Part shown: one piece after another, positions 60,620 through 64,000 of the stretch | How the letters are laid out: every line of letters starts with the position of its first letter | How positions within the stretch are numbered: the stretch's first letter is position 1 | Virus record (IMG/VR): IMGVR_UViG_3300037400_005024 | Coordinates: 94,254 to 158,253 of that record | DNA: 64,000 bases | Origin: a virus | Taxonomy: Duplodnaviria; Caudoviricetes | Direction: 5' to 3' (one strand) | Notes under the pieces: model-generated | Seen by the model: only the letters and a program-made list of their open reading frames with translations | The model's database searches: none | Told to the model about the DNA's origin: nothing | Program-made: the position numbers and the translations under genes

Positions 60620-61288
60620 ATGATAGACTTAAATGCACTGAATTTATACAAAAATAAAATAAGTTCATACGTTGATGATTCAATGCCATTGCCTAGTCCT
60701 AAAGATGTTTTAATTCTAAATGATGAATTGATTGATAACTATACAGGTAATGGAATTACGCCTTATGGTAGTGTAAAAATTGATGAAAACAGCATTGCAA
60801 GTGGATTTTCAAATAGTTCTAATATTATCTTAACAAGTTTAAATTGTATGTCTCTCAATGACGGATTTGAACTTCAGGTAAAAGCAAATAATAATGTAAA
60901 TTCACAAACAATATTTTGCGAGTCAACATTGAATGGTGATTCTAACATTTGTTTCTACGTAGCACTAGGCAACCGCGATACTGACATAGGATCTTACTAT
61001 AACGGATATGTTCATGCTGTCAGGTTTTCTTTCGATACTATTCCTGACAAAATGCACTATTTTAGGTATAAGTATTTGAATGATACTATTTATTTCAAAC
61101 TTTTAGACGAAAATATGAACGTTTTATTTGAACAAAGTGCATCAATGCACATTCAATTTAGAAATAGAACGTTTATGTTTGGTAGAAATATGAGTAATGA
61201 GTATCAATCTCCTTATATATCAATAGATCTTTCTGAAACCTGGTTCAAAGATAAAGACGGAAATTTAATTTCAAGTTGGAATAAATAA
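60620..61288 (+). CDS. putative carbohydrate-binding tail accessory protein
   Basis: Shares MIDLNAL N-terminus with ORF 60182; beta-rich ConA-like composition. Confidence 0.5.
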   Translation: MIDLNALNLYKNKISSYVDDSMPLPSPKDVLILNDELIDNYTGNGITPYGSVKIDENSIASGFSNSSNIILTSLNCMSLNDGFELQVKANNNVNSQTIFCESTLNGDSNICFYVALGNRDTDIGSYYNGYVHAVRFSFDTIPDKMHYFRYKYLNDTIYFKLLDENMNVLFEQSASMHIQFRNRTFMFGRNMSNEYQSPYISIDLSETWFKDKDGNLISSWNK

Positions 61289-61297
61289 TATACGACA

Positions 61298-61326
61298 AAA
61301 AAGAGAACTTTTTCAAGTTCTCTTTT
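61298..61326. terminator. bidirectional terminator between tail genes and flagellin
   Basis: AAAAGAGAACTT-TTTC-AAGTTCTCTTTT. Confidence 0.75.
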
Positions 61327-61347
61327 AAAATTATGTTTAACTAAATT

Positions 61348-62235
61348 TTAACCAGAAATTAAACTTAGTGCTAACTGTCCTCTTACATTACCTTGAGTTA
61401 ACATTGCAGCTGCCATTTGCTGAATAATGTTTTGAGCAGTTAGATTTGCTGCTTCCTCAGCATAATCTGTATCTCTAATTTTTGATCTAGCTTCTGTTTC
61501 GTTTTCAACAATGTTTTCTTGATTAGAAATTGTAGATTCTAAACGATTTTGAACAGCACCTAACTGACCTCTAGAAGCATCAACTGAAGCAATAAATTTA
61601 TCAATATTAGCTAAAGTAGTTTGAGCAGATTGTGCAGATGAAACAGAGAATGATTTAATTCCATCATGAACGATTAAAGCTGCAGATCCAACATTACTGT
61701 GGCTTGAAATTCCGTCAATTGAAAATCCTGCTGATAAAGATACTGAAATTGTATCGTTAGCGTTAGCACCAACTTGGAATGTTACTTTACCATCAGCACC
61801 AACTAAACCATTTCCAGCACCAGCTAAAATTTTCTGTCCAGCGAATGTTGTTTTACATGAAATTCTTGTGATCTCTGAACAAAGTTGGTCAACTTGACTT
61901 TGAATTGCTATTCTTTCAGCTGAAGTGTTAGTTCCAGTAGCTGCCTGGTTAGCTAAAGTTCTAATTTTCTGAAGCATTTCAGTTGTTTCGTCTAAAGCAC
62001 CTTCAACAGTTTGAGAGAATGCTAAACCAGTTGCAGCGTTCTTATTTCCTTGTTTTAATCCTTCAATCTGAGAAGTTAAACGATTAGAAATTTGTAAACC
62101 CGCTGAGTCGTCCTTGGCTGAGTTGATTCGAAGACCTGATGATAATCTTTTATAGATAGTATCTAACTTATTATTTGATTTGTTTAAATAACGATTTGAA
62201 TTTAAAACTGAAGTATTGGTAATTGCTGAAATCAT
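61348..62235 (-). CDS. fliC: flagellin (short, D0/D1 core)
   Basis: RLSSGLRINSAKDDSAGLQI, QTVEGAL, FQVGAN, R..LGAVQNRL, S.IRDTDYAEE. Confidence 0.96.
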   Translation of the reverse strand: MISAITNTSVLNSNRYLNKSNNKLDTIYKRLSSGLRINSAKDDSAGLQISNRLTSQIEGLKQGNKNAATGLAFSQTVEGALDETTEMLQKIRTLANQAATGTNTSAERIAIQSQVDQLCSEITRISCKTTFAGQKILAGAGNGLVGADGKVTFQVGANANDTISVSLSAGFSIDGISSHSNVGSAALIVHDGIKSFSVSSAQSAQTTLANIDKFIASVDASRGQLGAVQNRLESTISNQENIVENETEARSKIRDTDYAEEAANLTAQNIIQQMAAAMLTQGNVRGQLALSLISG

Positions 62236-62272
62236 AATTTTACCTCACTAAAATACATGTTTCTTATATATA

Positions 62273-62299
62273 TTATTGACATTTTTTAGAAAAAGTTTA
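62273..62299 (-). promoter_or_regulatory. sigma28 (FliA)-like promoter of the flagellin gene
   Basis: TAAACTTT-N11-GTCAATAA versus consensus TAAAGTTT-N11-GCCGATAA; GAGG SD downstream. Confidence 0.65.
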
Positions 62300-62366
62300 A
62301 TAAAAATTTCAAAAAGTTTTTGGACATCAAATGGTGAATAACTATTTAGCTTTTAAGATGAAATTT

Positions 62367-62439
62367 AAAAAGTTCTTTAAAATCAATTACTTAGATACAG
62401 TATTATTTTAAATAAGTTATTGATTTATAATGACTTTTT
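62367..62439. repeat. dispersed palindrome copy 6
   Basis: Boxes 62381-62393 and 62413-62425. Confidence 0.85.
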
Positions 62440-62485
62440 AAAATTGATTAAATTTTTTACCAGTTTTACTATTTTTGAAATTCAA

Positions 62486-62584
62486 TTAAATTCCTGCGAA
62501 CTGACAGTAAAGGTTAAACAACATGTAGGCAATGATACCGAACAAAATTGAATAACATAGTGCATTGATTAAAAAAACTTTCAT
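62486..62584 (-). CDS. 32-aa membrane peptide
   Basis: MKVFLINALCYSILFGIIAYMLFNLYCQFAGI; AAGGA SD. Confidence 0.5.
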   Translation of the reverse strand: MKVFLINALCYSILFGIIAYMLFNLYCQFAGI

Positions 62585-62638
62585 ATTGATGTCCTTTAAA
62601 CCTCATTAGAACCATCTTTCAGATTACTTTGACATGGT

Positions 62639-63022
62639 TTATTCGTTAACTTCTACAAGTTCAATCATAACGTGATCAGTACCACGAACATCGAAAATAC
62701 CCTTAACCTTGCCAAACTTATAATGAGTACCATTTAACTGTTCCATTGCCTTTTTATTTGTCTGACATCCTGATTTATTCACTGTCTTTTTGAGAGATGG
62801 AACAATAGTTCCAACCCATTCGTCATCTTTATTAACTCTTTCGTACTTTAGAACACATTCAACCAGTGCAGTATTTTGAGAATTTATAATAGTTGAAGAA
62901 ACTGTACTTGCCATAGTTTTTGCAGAAAATTGTGAGTGACTATGTGGTACAATAAATGCACTGTGAGCAGTTAAAACGTTAGCGGCTAACATCAATCCTA
63001 AAACTAAATTACGTACTTTCAT
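62639..63022 (-). CDS. early secreted/periplasmic protein
   Basis: Signal-peptide-like MKVRNLVLGLMLAANVLTAHSA; early promoter 63068-63097. Confidence 0.7.
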   Translation of the reverse strand: MKVRNLVLGLMLAANVLTAHSAFIVPHSHSQFSAKTMASTVSSTIINSQNTALVECVLKYERVNKDDEWVGTIVPSLKKTVNKSGCQTNKKAMEQLNGTHYKFGKVKGIFDVRGTDHVMIELVEVNE

Positions 63023-63156
63023 ATTACTTTCCTTTGATTCTTTTTAATAATTTGTTTTTACAATATCATTATAAACCAAATTTTAGAGAATGTAAACTAT
63101 TTTTTAAAAAAATTTTTAATTTTTTTTTTATAAATATAGATAAAATTGGTGTTTAT

Positions 63157-63624
63157 ATGTTTGCAAAAAGAAACGAAACTATTGGTATTTTTAATGCCAT
63201 TCCACAAGGTTGGACAGAAATTTCAGAAGCAGAATACATCACTTTAAGAAATACTCCAAGTGTTGAGGTTCAAAGGGAATTTAAACTTAAAGAACTCAAA
63301 GACTGTGTAAACCGTTTAAAGGGAAACACTTCTGAAATGTATATCACTTCATCTTTAGGATTTAAGGTAAACGCTGACACAAATTCACTTGAAAATGTTA
63401 ATACTTTGATTGACTTAAATGCTAACATTTTTAGGGATTTTGATAATGAAATTCACAAGGTTTCACTTGATGATTTAAAAATCATTAAGTCAGAAATTCA
63501 GCAAAATGCCGTAAATCTGTATCATCAAAAATGGAAATACGAGGAAATCATCAAAAATGCTTCAATTTCCGAATTAAAGGAATTAAAGTTAAATTTTGAA
63601 ATGCTTGATTTCACACAGAGGTAA
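63157..63624 (+). CDS. DUF4376-like tail-fibre assembly protein
   Basis: True start likely 63157 (MFAKR) after TATAAATA at 63129; SSLGF.VNAD...N, FRDFDN, LY.QKW. Confidence 0.7.
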   Translation: MFAKRNETIGIFNAIPQGWTEISEAEYITLRNTPSVEVQREFKLKELKDCVNRLKGNTSEMYITSSLGFKVNADTNSLENVNTLIDLNANIFRDFDNEIHKVSLDDLKIIKSEIQQNAVNLYHQKWKYEEIIKNASISELKELKLNFEMLDFTQR

Positions 63625-63627
63625 TAC

Positions 63628-64000
63628 ATGCCTTTATCTTTAAACGCACTTAAAACTTATAAAGAGGTTTTAGAAGACTATTTAATCCAAATTGCAACCA
63701 AGGGAGATATTGAAAATCTTATGGCAACAGATGGCAAAGTTAATCATTTAGAAATTGTAAACGGTGTTTGTAAAATAGACACTGATTTACCTTCATACGT
63801 TTATTACGTTGAGACAGAAGGAAATTTCAAGTTTGAAATTACCAAAAATCCAAGTATTGAAAACAAGAAAATCACATTATTTGTATTATGTAAAGGTACA
63901 AACTCAAATAACTATGTTCAATTCCCAATTAATGTAAGAGGTGTTAAGAACAATGTTATTAATTATAGCAACCAAAAGAATTTTATTCACAAGTTCGATT
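63628..64000 (+). CDS. partial tail accessory protein
   Basis: MPLSLNALKTY... open to the window end; shares LNAL..Y motif with ORFs 60182 and 60620. Confidence 0.6.
   Translation, partial: MPLSLNALKTYKEVLEDYLIQIATKGDIENLMATDGKVNHLEIVNGVCKIDTDLPSYVYYVETEGNFKFEITKNPSIENKKITLFVLCKGTNSNNYVQFPINVRGVKNNVINYSNQKNFIHKFD

Noticed and set aside
62496-62520. IS right-end-like CAGTTCGC on minus strand
   Set aside because: Lies inside the 32-aa peptide ORF and has no hairpin
63034-63156. N-terminal extension of the DUF4376-like ORF
   Set aside because: It spans divergent promoters; the ATG at 63157 follows the late promoter
1-64000. tRNA/rRNA genes, integrase, group I introns
   Set aside because: None recognisable by eye; tRNAscan-SE or Infernal would be needed to exclude them formally

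Overview
AT-rich, gene-dense segment of a large lytic T4-superfamily myophage. Gene order is scrambled relative to T4 and resembles the Campylobacter Eucampyvirinae: several tail-tube paralogues, a Cas4-like nuclease, radical SAM proteins and inteins. Core genes cover head (gp23, gp24-like, gp22, gp21, gp2, gp13, gp16-like), tail/baseplate (gp6, gp7-like, gp25, gp26/51-like, three gp19-fold proteins, tape-measure/hub with a muramidase-like domain), replication (split PolB with mini-intein, primase, RNase H, ligase, clamp-loader subunit, topoisomerase II) and nucleotide metabolism (ThyA, DHFR, dNMP kinase, dCMP deaminase). The most striking accessory elements are: (1) a full-length flagellin gene with a sigma28-type promoter, inserted in the tail-fibre region; (2) a tail-fibre operon interleaved with GT8 glycosyltransferases and a radical SAM enzyme, facing a sugar-modifying trio; (3) a TnpB broken only by an 8-bp duplication, plus scattered IS200/IS605 left and right ends and a second omegaRNA scaffold copy that bracket phage genes; (4) six dispersed palindromes made of inverted IHF-consensus boxes; (5) three late-expressed DUF285/BspA-type 24-aa repeat proteins with capsid-targeting-like N-termini; (6) an orphan N-terminal split intein ending the topoisomerase; (7) three promoter classes, including an unusual GGWC-N26-TAWAAT class. 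All assignments are by eye from motifs; no searches were run.
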